In this document: positions 43,635-59,350 of the stretch, piece after piece
Position numbering within the stretch: the stretch's first letter is position 1
How the letters are laid out: every line of letters starts with the position of its first letter
Assembly (NCBI RefSeq): GCF_009914755.1
Contig: NC_060927.1
Reading direction: 5' to 3' (one strand)
Source of the DNA: the human T2T-CHM13v2.0 reference genome, Homo sapiens
Length of the DNA: 64,000 bases
The notes under the pieces: generated by a model
The model's input: the letters and a program-made list of their open reading frames with translations, nothing else
What the model was told of the DNA's origin: nothing
The model's database searches: none
Made by a program: the position numbers and the translations under genes

Positions 43635-44544
43635 TTTGTTTTTACATACAAAAATAGAAAAATATATGAAAATGTAGACTTAAAAGATGCACAGCAGATT
43701 TGTGACAGCATTAACCCTGGGAAGGGATGAATGGAATTAGGGCTGGGAAAAGATAAAAAGAGAATTGCAATTTTAACCATAAAGTGTTATTTCATTCCCA
43801 AAACAAACAAACAACTTAGACATGTATTTTTTTGGCTAAATATTTGCTTATACAGTCATATTTTTTGCTATATTTTATATGGTTTGAATTTTTTTCCTTA
43901 CTTTGGCTTTAATAGCCCAAGGAATTCAGTATGGCTAAAGTTCACAGAATGACAGTAGCAAGTCACAAAGAATCTCTAAAAGTAGATGATACTGAGTGAT
44001 CTCACAATTTATCCTAACTAGTTTGAATTTCTGTCAGTAAGGATATTCTTCTGAGGCCTTATCTCTAGACCTTATCACCCTTGGAAGTCATAAACCTTCT
44101 TTGGTTTTATGTTATAATTAGAACCAGAGCCACCAAATCACTAACACTTCAAAGTTCAATGACAGGTACAATCACAATAATTACCACCCTTTAAAATAAC
44201 TAGGAAAGAGGGTAGGATTTTTTATTTCAAAATATAAAGACTATGTTTCACAAGCAAAACAAGAATCACAAACCTTCTGAAATAAAGAAAGAAAGAAAGG
44301 AAGGAAGGAAGGGAGAGAAGGAGGGAAGGAGGGATGGAGGGATAATTGTTCTTTATTAAGGAGGTAATTCACAGGATTCTATCCTCATAGCAATTATTAA
44401 CTAATATCAGCTTTCAGAATAGGCATCTGTAGGCCATCTACATTTGATCAAATTCTGCATGTGAAATTTTAAATTACTCTTTATCCATATATATGCATAT
44501 GTGTGTATGTGTATATAATCATATATATATGTATCTAATCAATA

Positions 44545-44810
44545 TAGTTGAGAGATTAAGAGCACAAGTGTTAGAGCCAGAATGCCTGGGTTTGAATCCA
44601 AATTATGCCGTTTACTATTTATGAGACTTTATAGAAGTAATTTATTCTTTGTCAGTAATTTGGTTATTTTGGTTATGTAGCCTTTACAATTTCCTTATCT
44701 GTAAAATGAGAAATACAATTGTACCTATTTCACAGGGCAATTATATTGAGTGAATGGGTTAATATACACAAAAAGCAAAACATTAACAAAAAATACTCAG
44801 TAAGTGTTGG
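44545..44810 (+). mobile_element. MIR
   Basis: 'gagccagaatgcctgggtttgaatcc...tttccttatctgtaaaatgag'. Confidence 0.75.
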
Positions 44811-47464
44811 CATTTTGTATATTCCCTGAATACATTCATTACATAAATAGCTAAATGACACTGTCATATTCCCCAAATGTCATGCACTTAGTAGGCACCC
44901 AGTAATGCTAACAATAATAAACATGAAACAATCCAAATTTGGACATGAAATCCTTTAAGTCACTACAAAAATCATTATTCAAGCCAGTAGCTTGCTTTGT
45001 ATCTACTCTTGCATGTTAAGAGCCCATCATTCTTGGCATTTCATGTCACAATGTAGTTTAGCCATCACAATCTGCCTTAAAGACGGCTTCGGAGCCATGG
45101 CTTTCAGGAGACACAGTTCTGCAAAGATAAAGTGGCCACCTCCCAATATTGACAATACAATAGTAGAGGCTTCATAAAATTGAACTTCCATTTAGCCTTC
45201 TCATCTCTGAACCAAACCATCTTAATTCCTTTTATCTTTTCTTATACATATTGTCTACTCATTTATTTTCCTTTTGTTCCTCTCTAGTCTCAAATATGTG
45301 TACTGTAGAGTTCCACATTGGACAGGAATGCCAGCTACTTTCAGTCTGTGTATAGTCCCATCATTACAGAGCAAATCATGGTACTTTCCAAAACAACAAT
45401 CTCCAGCAGTCACAAACGTTCAGCCTCTGGTGCACCAGATTTTCAGCTCTAGAAATTATGACTTAATGTTACTTTGTATATAGGTATGTGATTAGCTCAC
45501 AGTAGCCTTATGCTACATATAATTGCAATCAATCATGCAGAATAAATCTTCTGAAGATAGTGAAGATATATGGTAGTAATTCTGTAACCCTGTTCTGATG
45601 AGTGTAACCATGGTTTCCTTGCATTTTTAACTTTCCATGGATATTTCTTTGGAAGCAACACAGAATAAATGTAAATTTAACAAACGAATTTAATAAAGAA
45701 GATTCTACAACTGAAAAACAAAAAGTTGTTTAGAAGTACTTGATCTTAACATTTTACTATGTGTATTTCGATTCTATTAAGAAGCACATTCAAATTTCTC
45801 CGCCAGGAATAAGAGAATCACAGATAATTTGAAGTTTTATTAAAAGCAGTACCACCCCCAGAAAAATAAAGACTTTAGCTTTTATAACTGTATTCAAGCC
45901 GTTCAATAATAAGCTAAAGTGTGCATATGTGACTCTTCAGGATCTGAAAGCTGCCAGTTTGCCTTCCCATGTATCACTTTTCTCTAATTAATCTTTTAAT
46001 TAGAAAGATTCTTCCATTCAAACCACATTATTTCATGTGACACATTCTACCAGCCAACCCCCATGACATTTTTACATCAACCCTCAGTAATAAGTGAAGG
46101 CTACAAATATAAATAGGCAATTAAAAAGAAGGAAGTAATTAGCTTGTATTAGAGAACACTGAGCTGATTAGTCATCTTGAAGTGTGGCTTGCTCTAGTTA
46201 TTTTTAGCAGCAGTAAAACATACTTCTTTTCCTGCATTGCCACTGTCTTGTATTCATAGGCCTGACTACTACCTAAAATATTATCCACACAGAGATTTGC
46301 GTGGGCAAAGAACAACAATGCAGTGGGAGGTTCTTAGGACATATGGGAAAACGGGTCTGTTCATTTGTTTGTTCATGTATGTTTTTTTTCTTTCCAAATG
46401 GCTGTGTGCAGGAATATGAAATGTAGATTTTGATGAAGTCACCTTCCCCAACTGTCTTTTCTGGTTCTGTCTGGATCCAAACCTTACCATGCAAATTATA
46501 AGCACAAACTGGCGTTTTAGTCTCTCTTGCCTGCATGGTGCTTACAAAAATATCCTCACTGTGCTCCGAACTCTGTGAAGGCAATGATCCCAAGCTTCCA
46601 GTTAAGGTCACTAATCTCTAACTTCAAAATATAAACACAAGTAGAAAACATTGCCTATATTAACTCCTTTTTTGAGTTCATAACATTGGTTTCCCATGAA
46701 TTGATTACCTATCTTTTTTCAAAAAAGAACTTTGCTTACAAATACACCTGTGATATGTTCTTATCTAAGTTGAAAAAAAAAGCATGATATAATTATTAAG
46801 AACTGAACAAAGGTTACAGGAAACATGGTATGATATGGAGCACTTAATTACCATGCCAGCCCCCAGATACGACTGAGTGGCGGTGACTAACAGGTGGTGT
46901 CATCTCCCTCCTCCAGGCATAGTAGATCCCCCTGTTATTTATTATAAGAGGCTACTCCTAGTATGGCAGCCCTCTTGTTTAACACTGATATGGCAAGGGT
47001 CCTGTTTCTCCAGTTCTTAGCTCCTAAGGAGGGACACTGCCTATAGGTTCAAAGAGTGTAGGGACTCTCGATGGGACCTAGACACTGAGGTAGAGAAGAG
47101 TAATGGGATAGCTGATGCTCTACAGTGGGGAAGTCACTCAAACATAATCCCAAGTCAGTGTCATTCAAGCCAGAACTTTGGTTCCAGGAAGCCTCAGAAA
47201 AGATGGAGTTTCTGTAGCAGGTAGGGAAGGCACTTAGGGGAGAGAGACAGAAAGCTCTGCATCAGCCATAGGAGAAACAGAAATAATTTCCTATGGAACG
47301 CCCAAAGGATCCACCCAGAATCCCACTGGACTCTAGTGGACCTGGAGGAGTTTTGGCCAGATGCTCCTAGAGGCTGGCTATGGGGCTACCAGTGTGGATC
47401 CCAGAGTGTTTCTATGAACAATGCAGAGTAAGGTAAATATGAATATGATTCCTACTTTGAGAAG

Positions 47465-47465
<1 letters not shown>

Positions 47466-47506
<41 letters not shown>
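47466..47506. repeat. (CA)~20 microsatellite
   Basis: Seen directly. Confidence 0.95.
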
Positions 47507-47507
<1 letters not shown>

Positions 47508-47516
47508 ATCAATTCT

Positions 47517-48973
47517 TTTTTTTTTTTTTTTTTAATTTTTTTAGTATTTATTGATCATTCTTGGGTGTTTCTCGCAGAGGGGGATTTGGCAGGGTCATAG
47601 GACAATAGTGGAGGGAAGGTCAGCAGATAAACAAGTGAACAAAGGTCTCTGGTTTTCCTAGGCAGAGGACCCTGCGGCCTTCCGCAGTGTTTGTGTCCCT
47701 GGGTGCTTGAGATTAGGGAGTGGTGATGACTCTTAACGAGCATGCTGCCTTCAAGCATCTGTTTAACAAAGCACATCTTGCACCGCCCTTAATCCATCCA
47801 ACCCTGAGTGGACACAGCACATGTTTCAGAGAGCACAGGGTTGGGGGTAAGGTCATAGATTAACAGCATCCCAAGGCAGAAGAATTTTTCTTAGTACAGA
47901 ACAAAATGGAGTCTCCTATGTCTACTTCTTTCTACACAGACACAGCAACAATCTGATTTCTCTATCTTTTCCCCACATTTCCCCCTTTTCTATTCGACAA
48001 AACCGCCATCGTCATCATGGCCCGTTCTCAATGAGCTGTTGGGTACACCTCCCAGACGGGGTGGCAGCCGGGCAAAGGGGCTCCTCACTTCCCAGAAGGG
48101 GCGGCCGGGCAGAGGCGCCCCTCACCTCCCGGACGGGGTGGCGGCCAGGCGGAGGTGCCCCCACCTCCCTCCCGGACGGGGCGGCTGGCCAGGTGGGGGC
48201 TGCCCCCCACCTCCCAGACTGGGCGCTGCCGGGCGGAGACACTCCTGACTTCCCAGACTGGGCGCTGCCGGGCGGAGACGCTCCTGACTTCCCAGACGGG
48301 GCGGCTGCCGGGCAGAGATGCTCCTCACCTCCCAGACGGGGTCGTGGCCGGGCAGAGGCGCTCCTCACATCCCAGATGATGGGTGGCCGGGCAGAGACAT
48401 TCCTCACTTCCTAGACGGGATGGCGGCCGGGAAGAGGCACTCCTCACTTCCCAGACTGGGCAGCCGGGCAGAGGGGCTCCTCACATCCCAGAAGATGGGC
48501 GGCCAGGGAGACGCTCCTCACTTCCCAGACGGGGTGGCGGCCGGGCAGAGGCTGCAATCTCGGCACTTTGGGAGGCCAAGGCAGGCAGCTGGGAGGTGGA
48601 GGTTGTAGCGAGCCGAGATCACGCCACTGCACTCCAGCCTGGGCAACATTGAGCACTGAGTGAATGAGAGACTCCGTCTGCAATCCCAGCACCTCAGGAG
48701 GCCGAGGCTGGCAGATCACTCGCGGTTAGGAGCTGGAGACCAGGCAGGCCAACACAGCGAAACCCCGTCTCCACCAAAAAAATACGAAAACCAGTCAGGT
48801 GTGGCGGCACGCGCCTGCAATCCCAGGCACTGGGCAGGCTGAGGCAGGAGAATCAGGCAGGGAGGTTGCAGTGAGCCGAGAAGGCAGCAGTACAGTCCAG
48901 CTTCATCTTGGCATCAGAGGGAGACCGTGGGGAGAGGGGGAGGGGGAGGGGGAGGGAGGGAGAGGGAGAGGGA
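47517..48973 (-). mobile_element. Full-length SVA retrotransposon (SVA_B-like)
   Basis: Poly-T, SINE-R ('ttattgatcattcttgggtgtttctcgcagaggggg'), GC-rich VNTR (~48045-48550), Alu-like domain, (GGGAGA/GGGGGA)n hexamers; TSD caattct (47510-47516 / 48974-48980). Old-subfamily diagnostics 'gtcatagattaacagcatcc' and 'aaaatggagtctcctatg'. Confidence 0.96.
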
Positions 48974-49764
48974 CAATTCTATGAAAGGACTCTAGTTGAA
49001 GCTGAGATATGGGAGCCAGCATCATTAAGAAAGGGTAGCAAAGACAGCAACCACTGACAACTCATATGGCTTCTCCTGTGACTTCATAATAGTTCTAATA
49101 TACTTTCTCTTTAACACTTCACAGTTCCTGAAATGATCATTTTCCTAAAAGAGAAACAAATCAAAAAAGAAAAAAATTAGTCTATTGTATAAAGGATGCC
49201 ATTTTGGTCCCAGCAATCTTTGGATAGAGATATTTCTGTTTTAAAGTTACAATTTTTCTACTCTATTCCTTCTGTAAGAGGGGAAACTTTTAAACTTGAG
49301 ATCCACAGCCAAACGAAGTATTTTCAGGGTGACTTTATTACCGCTATGGGGCAAACAGAGAAAGTCAGACTTTTCTATAGGAGCAAGGTTTTGTCTAAAC
49401 ATGAACATGATTAAATAAATCAAAATTAAAATGTTCAGTTTTAGAGAAGAGTTAGAAAAACTACCTCTACTTCACCCTCTTCAGATGCCCCCACTGGAAT
49501 AAAACTGCTGTTGAAATCTGAACCCTGTGTCTAACTGCCAAGTTGGAAACTGCCAGATCTGATGTATAAAATACAAAGTCTGCTGAAGACCCACAAAGTC
49601 ATTATCCTTGGAACTGAAATTATATTTTCAATCAAGGAAAATAAGACATTTTTCTTTTTCCATTCCATTTTTTTCTAGTAATTTTTAAAAATATATAGTT
49701 TCTATAATTTTATTTTAAATTAAGCAAGTATTTGTATGATGCTTTGTAATACCTAAAACACATG

Positions 49765-50106
<342 letters not shown>

Positions 50107-50115
50107 TTACATATT

Positions 50116-50345
50116 TGAGACAGTCTTGCTCTGTCACCCAGGCTAGAGTCCAGTGGCATGATCTCAGTTCACTGCAACCTTGCCTCCCGGGTTCAAGCGA
50201 TTCTCCCACCTCAGCCTCCCTAGTAGCGAGATTACAGGTGTGAGCCACTGTGCCCAGCTGGCCTTGAACTCCTAGCCTCAAGTGATTTGCCTGCCTCAGC
50301 CTCCCAAAGGGCTGGGATTACAGGCGTGAGCCACCGTGCCTGGCC
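50116..50345 (-). mobile_element. Alu with the middle A-rich linker region deleted
   Basis: 'tgagacagtcttgctctgtcaccc...gtgcccagct|ggccttgaactcc...gtgcctggcc'. Confidence 0.9.
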
Positions 50346-50546
50346 ATATTGCCTTATTTAACCTTCACAACAACCATTTGAAGCAGATTAGTCCTCTTTG
50401 ACAGATAAAAAATGTTAGTCCTCTTTGACAGATGAAAAAACTGAGACTCAATGAACCTAATTTCTTTATCCAAGGGTTCTAAGCTGCTAAGTGTCATGGG
50501 TAGGACTTAAGCCAGGTTTTAGATTCTAAACCCAGAGTTCTTTCTA

Positions 50547-50623
50547 TTAGGTTGGAGCAAAGGTAATTGCGTTTTTTTGCCAAAGCAATGGCAAAAAACA
50601 CAATTACTTTTGCGCCAACCTAA
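50547..50623. mobile_element. MADE1 mariner MITE (Hsmar1 TIRs)
   Basis: ta|ttaggttggagcaaaggtaattgcgtttttttgcc aaagcaat ggcaaaaaacacaattacttttgcgccaacctaa|ta. Confidence 0.95.
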
Positions 50624-50827
50624 TACTACATGTGGTTCTTCTCACCTCCAGTCATTTTCCTGCATGTTTCATTTTCAGACATTTTCCTGAAATCAAGGCC
50701 CACTGTGTGTTGAAAACATACAGAGGTTGCAAGACTCTTTGCCAAAAATATTTTCATTTAATTCAATTCCACACATATTTATTAAACTCAGTGATTATGA
50801 CACAGAGGCTTGCTCTTTATTGGGAAG

Positions 50828-51075
50828 GCAGGGTATTACAGTAGGCTAACCACTCTGGAAACAGACTACCTAGGCTTGAATCCCAGCCCACCACTTTCTA
50901 AAAGCATTACCTTGGGTAGCTTACTGTGCTTACATTTCCCCATCTGTATATAGGGTATAATAATATTACCTACTCCATAAAGTTGTTATGAGAACTAAGT
51001 GATGTAATTCTTATCAAACACTTAGAACAATGACTGGGACTTAGTAAGAACCAAATAAATCCTGGTTAATATTTG
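50828..51075 (+). mobile_element. MIR
   Basis: 'ctctggaaacagactacctaggcttgaatcccagc...acttagaacaatgactgggacttagtaag'. Confidence 0.8.
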
Positions 51076-51919
51076 GAGGGACAAAGATTTGTGGTGACCA
51101 TAGCTACACGAATACCTATTTGAATGCATAAATAACTCTGCCACCTGCAGTAGGCCGATAATTGTAGTAGAATAGGTATTAATCAGATGTTATTATGGTT
51201 CTGTCTAGGAAAGCAGGAGCCCAGGAGGAGGCTGTTTGAGAAGGCCTGTGGGTGGAGGACAATTTTATAGGGTTTAGAACAAGCAGAGACATTTGGGGAG
51301 CAAAAACTATGGTGATCAAAATTAGTACTTGATTTAATGGTTGTTTAAAGCAATGCAACCACGGGTATCAAGCTTCAGGAGTATGACATAGAAAATGGAA
51401 GGGCTTCCAGACCTACCCATCTCCCCATCCCGAGGAAGCAACTGACTTGAAGAGCAGAACTTCCCAATCAGCTACTGTACAATGATGCCATCAAGTCTTC
51501 AAGAAGACAAGTGAAATATTCCTGCCAAAGAGACTAAAGCCTCCAGGTCACAGTGTGACTTCCCCTTCAGTTCTGACTTCCCCTATGACTTACCTAACTC
51601 ACATAGCTCCTTGAGGACCCCTCCCTGCTTCTTCCTTCCCCCTTTCTCCTTCCTCTTCTTCCTTCCCTTCTCATATTATTCTACCTAATGGTGTTTTATG
51701 AAGAATGACTAAAATGCATAAAATCATTTTGTAAAAATGCAAAATGCCCTGTGGTTTAATGATGACTAAGCACAAAAGAAAAACAAAGCTGAAAATGCAT
51801 AGCTATCTTTTAATCTTCATGAGAATTAGCTTGCTCAATGATTTCAAACGTGTTAATCATGCCTCAGACCCCTGGGCTTGATACTGTTTTATATAGGAGG
51901 TTTATGCTGGGTTTTGGTT

Positions 51920-52198
<279 letters not shown>

Positions 52199-53499
52199 TA
52201 TGCTGTTTATAGAAAAGTAAACTGTGACATAGAAGCAATTTTTCTAATAAGAAGCCTGTGATTTAGCAGTAGAGCTGGCGAAAGGCCTGCAAGACCTGGC
52301 TTCTGGCTGGACTAGCAGCCTAAAGGTAGCTTCCACTTGCTTTAGACTGAGACCTTCTTCTGCTACATACTCTAGCAATTGAGGGGGATGCCCTCAGGGA
52401 TATAAAACTAAGTTATGGAAAAAAGCCCTGTAACCACATGTTAATTCTCAGCCCTGTAAATTCTCATCATGGCCCCTTACTGGACAAGTCTTTCCGCCTT
52501 TGTGGTAGTGACTCTGTCCTTTTGATGATAGTTTTAAGTATCTTTCCAGATGGCCAACATAAGGTTATTTAATTCAGTAAAAAAACATTGTTTTCCTCCT
52601 TTCGAGACTCTTTCTAAGGAAATTTTCCAGCTCCACAGGATGGGACAGAGCCTTGATGTATTTTTCTTTCCTGAACCTAATTGTGGAAAGAAAAGCAAAA
52701 ATAAAACTAAAGCTGGAAGCAACAGGCTAAGTCCTTAAAAAGAAAAAAAAAAACCATAAAACTTTCTGAAGGGGAAGGAAGATAATCTTAAGAATGTCTT
52801 AAACATAATGAATATGTATTTCCTCTGCAAGCCCTAAACCAGGGTGATATATATAATTCTATATTAAATAATGCTGAGGTTTCAGAAGTTGAAGTCACTG
52901 TGTTGCAAAGTGACATCTTAGCATCTCAAGCTGGGAGGAAGATTGATCCAAATCAGAGCTTTTCACCTGGCGTGTCTTTGCCTCTTTCCTCCAGAGAAGC
53001 CTCTGGGCCCAGGGTGGAGACTGCTGTATCCAGGAGGTTTAGGAGTGGTGTTCAGGGAATGCAGTCTCCTGCCAGCTTGGAGGTCTGAAAGAATGTGGCA
53101 GGTCAGTTCTCTCTGGCCTCCTCCCCTCTCCATACGGCTTGACTGTTTCTTTTGATCTCCTCCGAGATCTGACAATGCTCAAGACTTTCAAACAGTTGCT
53201 GGAGCCTGCTGCAGCTCTGACCTGGCTGATATGGCAGGGGGTGTTTCTGTGGAGAGCAAGGAGGAGACAGAACCAAGATCTTATCCCAGGGAACACGAAT
53301 GAATTCTAATATATCCATTATCATACCTACTCCTCCTTCAAGTACACCTCTCCTCACACTCACACAAAGAAAAGTAAACATCAGAGCATCAGGTCAGGCT
53401 CCAAGGAATCTGTATCTGCTTAACATAAACTTTTCAGTAACTTCCATAGGATACTTCTGTGGAATTTCCTCCAGATGAGGGACACATTCAAGCAAGGTA

Positions 53500-53695
53500 A
53501 CTGGCATCGAAATCAAACAGATCTACCAACTCAGCTCTGCCATTCAGCAACTTTGTGGCCCCGGTTTTTCCATCTCTAAAATAGAGATGATTACATCATC
53601 TCCTTTGTGTGGTTGTTTTGAGAATGAAATGAGATAGCACATGTCAAGCACATGGTACTATTCCTGGCTCATAATAGAGCATCAATAAATATTAG
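53500..53695 (+). mobile_element. MIR
   Basis: 'ctcagctctgccattcagc...ccatctctaaaatagagatg...cctggctcataatagagcatcaataaat'. Confidence 0.75.
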
Positions 53696-53963
53696 TCTTC
53701 CCTTGTCCAGTGCCATTTCACACAGGTCCAATTGGAATGTGCTAGACAACTTACCCAATCCTGCTACATTCTCATCATGGCCCCTTACTAAAAGCCACAG
53801 TAAAATTTGGAGAGATCTGGAATGTTCTACAAAGAAAGATAGCTCAACCCAAATTTAACTTTAAAAATAAGCATTTGTGGAGCACAAGCTATGCTCTTTG
53901 TAGGTACTTGCAGTTAAAGATAATTTCTGGTTACCTATGGCCAAAATCACCCCAAAACGTAAT

Positions 53964-56644
<2,681 letters not shown>

Positions 56645-57544
56645 GTAGGGTCTTAAAACAACAATGTATTGTTGACTCTCATGGTTCTGAAGATTTACTA
56701 AACCTGGCTGGTTGGTTCTCATGCAATGGCAGTCAGCAGTTGAGTCATCTGGAGGCTTGTCTGGGCTGGGCTTCCAAGACAGCTTCTTCACCCTCTATTT
56801 TATTGCCTCCATGCTCCTCCACATGGTGTCTTTCTCCAGAAGAGTAGTCTAGATGTACTGTATGGTGACTTAATGCTCTAAGAAAAGGAAGAAACAGGAA
56901 GCAGAAACTACCAATAATCTTAGAACCTTAGCCCAGAAATGGCCCAGGTCTCTTATGCCATATTCTGATAGCGAAAGGCAAGTACAGACCAGCCAAGATT
57001 CAAGAAGGAGGAGGGGTAGTTTCCACCTCTCCATAGGGGAATGGCATGTATGTGCACAAAGGGAAGGGATTAATGGTGAATGTCTTTGGAGACAAGCTAC
57101 CACTGATGGATAAGATATATGAGTTTCATGTGCGTAGAAACACAAGATGTTTACTTGTGTTATTTTTTAGTTGGAAGTTCTTCAACCAAGTGCAAGATAG
57201 ACATCATCTACCACATGCCTCAGGCTTCTGAGTTCCTACCAATTAAAACTATTCCCAAAAAAAGGGCAAATTTTTGTATCGGATTATGTTTTCCTCACGA
57301 CTAAGATGATTTTGTCACCTTGGGCTTTTTTTTTTTAGCCAGCAAATTTTATCCTCCATGTGAGCCTGTCACTGTGTAACTCATTGCTCTGTCTCTAGAG
57401 TAAAAACCAAGAATTCTGATCATTCAAACCAAATGCCTGCTCTTGCTCCCATCTCCTGATACTGCCCTATTTCCTTCTATGTTTCCAGTAATTATAGATT
57501 CCAATGAGTTATTCAGGTAATTCTTCTAAAAAGAATAAGGTACA

Positions 57545-57740
57545 TGCTTTAATAGCTCCTTGTACTTCTTCAGGGCACTTACCTTAGTTTGTAATTTAAT
57601 ATTTGTATGATTGTTGGATTACCCTCTATCTTCCTCACCAGAGCCTAAGCTCTATATAGTCAGATATTATTTATCTCCAGCACATAGGTCTGAGGCTTGC
57701 ATATACTAGATGCTCAATAATATTCTTTGAATGAATGAAT
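57545..57740 (+). mobile_element. L2 3' end
   Basis: 'tagatgctcaataatattctttgaatgaatgaat'. Confidence 0.7.
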
Positions 57741-58344
57741 TGTTCCTTCTCTCCAGAAATATTTAATGATGAAATAAAAAAGTCAGCCCCATTAAAATGG
57801 AAAGCAATTTTAGGAATTTATTTTCACAAGCATGGTGTTTGATTTTTAAGTGTCGAACCTTAGAAAAATCATGATATCCGATTTTTAAAAAGCAAAATTA
57901 TTTGATTCTGTGACTCAAGCAATACCAACTAAGTAGTTCTCTTTAAGAATTCCCTCCACAGCAGCAGACATGATCTCAGGCATGCCAGGCTCTACTGAAG
58001 GAGTATATCTAGCTTTCAATCTCCACTCACTATTTCAGACCTCCTTGCTCTGTTCCTGCATCTCAGATTCCTTCCTTGTTGCCTCATACCTGATTGCCCA
58101 AACCCTTCAGATGGATGTTGCAGTTGGAGTATACATTTGGCTTGAAATCTGCCTGAACTCTCTGCTCCCCTTGAATAACATCTTTCCAAAGCCTGTCCTG
58201 CCTCACCTCCACACCCACACAAAACTCTGGAATCTGCTACTAAATTCCAACACCCTGCTTCTCAGCATATTCAGACATAGCCTCATTTAGCTTTGGTGTT
58301 CCCCAAACTGGAAACACAAATGAGCAATTGGACTTCAGAGATCT

Positions 58345-58620
58345 TTTTATTTTTACTTTTTACTATGGAAATTTTTAACGTTAAAGAAAATATAGTGATA
58401 AACTTTAATAGGACCATCACCCAGTTTCAATTATTATTAGCTCATGACCAGTCTTATTTCTTCCACACCCTAATCCACTTCCCTGCTGCCCTAAATGATT
58501 TCGAAGCAAGCCTTAGCTAGATATCACAGTGCTTTATCCATAACTATTCTGGTATCTATCTTTAAAAGATAAGTACTTTTTAAAAACACAACTAAAAACA
58601 TTACCACACCTGAAAATACT
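58345..58620 (-). mobile_element. L1MC4/5-like 3' fragment
   Basis: 'tttttactatggaaatttttaac...ccatcacccagtttcaa...gatttcgaagcaagcc'. Confidence 0.6.
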
Positions 58621-58844
58621 CTGGGTACTCTTTAAGTTTCAGCAACTGATAATTTTCAGTCCAAAAGATATTGAGGTGATAAAGCTCCATGAAGCTAGCT
58701 CTTTACGACTGCTGTCCTCCTACACATACCCCACATATGAACACACCTACACACTCTCTGAAGGATGGAAAGGCGCTTCTAATGAGATTTTTTGTTGTCC
58801 CATGCAAGACATGGTGCCGACAATCAGCTTTGCTGTTATCTATA

Positions 58845-59350
58845 CTCTCAGACAAAGACTGCCAGAGACACCTGTAGTTGAACAAGTTGGGTTTTTCACA
58901 AACTGCAGTAAGGGAAAATACCTTGAAAACTCCATGAAAGTGTCATGGAGTATCTCAGAAAAGGGTTGTCAAAAACAACCCGGTATAGAATTTGGGGTTT
59001 GGTTGAGTAATTTTAGGGAGAGTCTAAGAAAACAGGGTTCTCTCCAGATTGGGTATTATCAGTAAGTGGAGGCAATCCTACTTTTGGGAATCTCGATAGG
59101 TCTTATCTGTGGGGAACACACAGCCTAGGGAGACATTAAAGCTGTCATTGGTAAAGAAGTCACTGTCACTCATTCAGCAAGAGAAGAAAATATCTGTTAT
59201 TTTGTGTTGCACAGTGACCTTATTTTTGTCTCACTTTATCATGGCCTAAGAGTGACCTCGTTAGATATAGATATTCTGTGAGATTGTTTATATTCAAGAG
59301 GAAAATAACATGGCCTGGCTGTGTGTGTCAGACCAACTTGTAATAGCATT
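58845..59350. mobile_element. Probable old ERV LTR, family unassigned
   Basis: 'gttgaacaagttgggtttttcacaaactgcagtaaggg', 'ggcctggctgtgtgtgtcagacca' have LTR-like composition. Confidence 0.4.

Noticed and set aside
48045-48550. Regularly spaced ~40-bp repeats that superficially resemble a CRISPR array
   Set aside because: Tandem VNTR units without unique spacers, in a primate retrotransposon; no cas genes.
48015-48984. Dense overlapping G/P/A/R-rich ORFs and a CpG-island-like region
   Set aside because: SVA VNTR and Alu-like domains; not a gene or a promoter CpG island.
50388-50440. Local ~27-bp tandem duplication (ttagtcctctttgacagat); similar ones near 14497-14545, 26188-26223 and 61180-61240
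   Set aside because: Ordinary slippage duplications, mostly inside decayed repeats.
52464-52481. tcatcatggccccttac resembles a bacterial 16S rRNA segment
   Set aside because: Only ~16 nt with an indel and no flanking rRNA similarity; not contamination or an rRNA gene.
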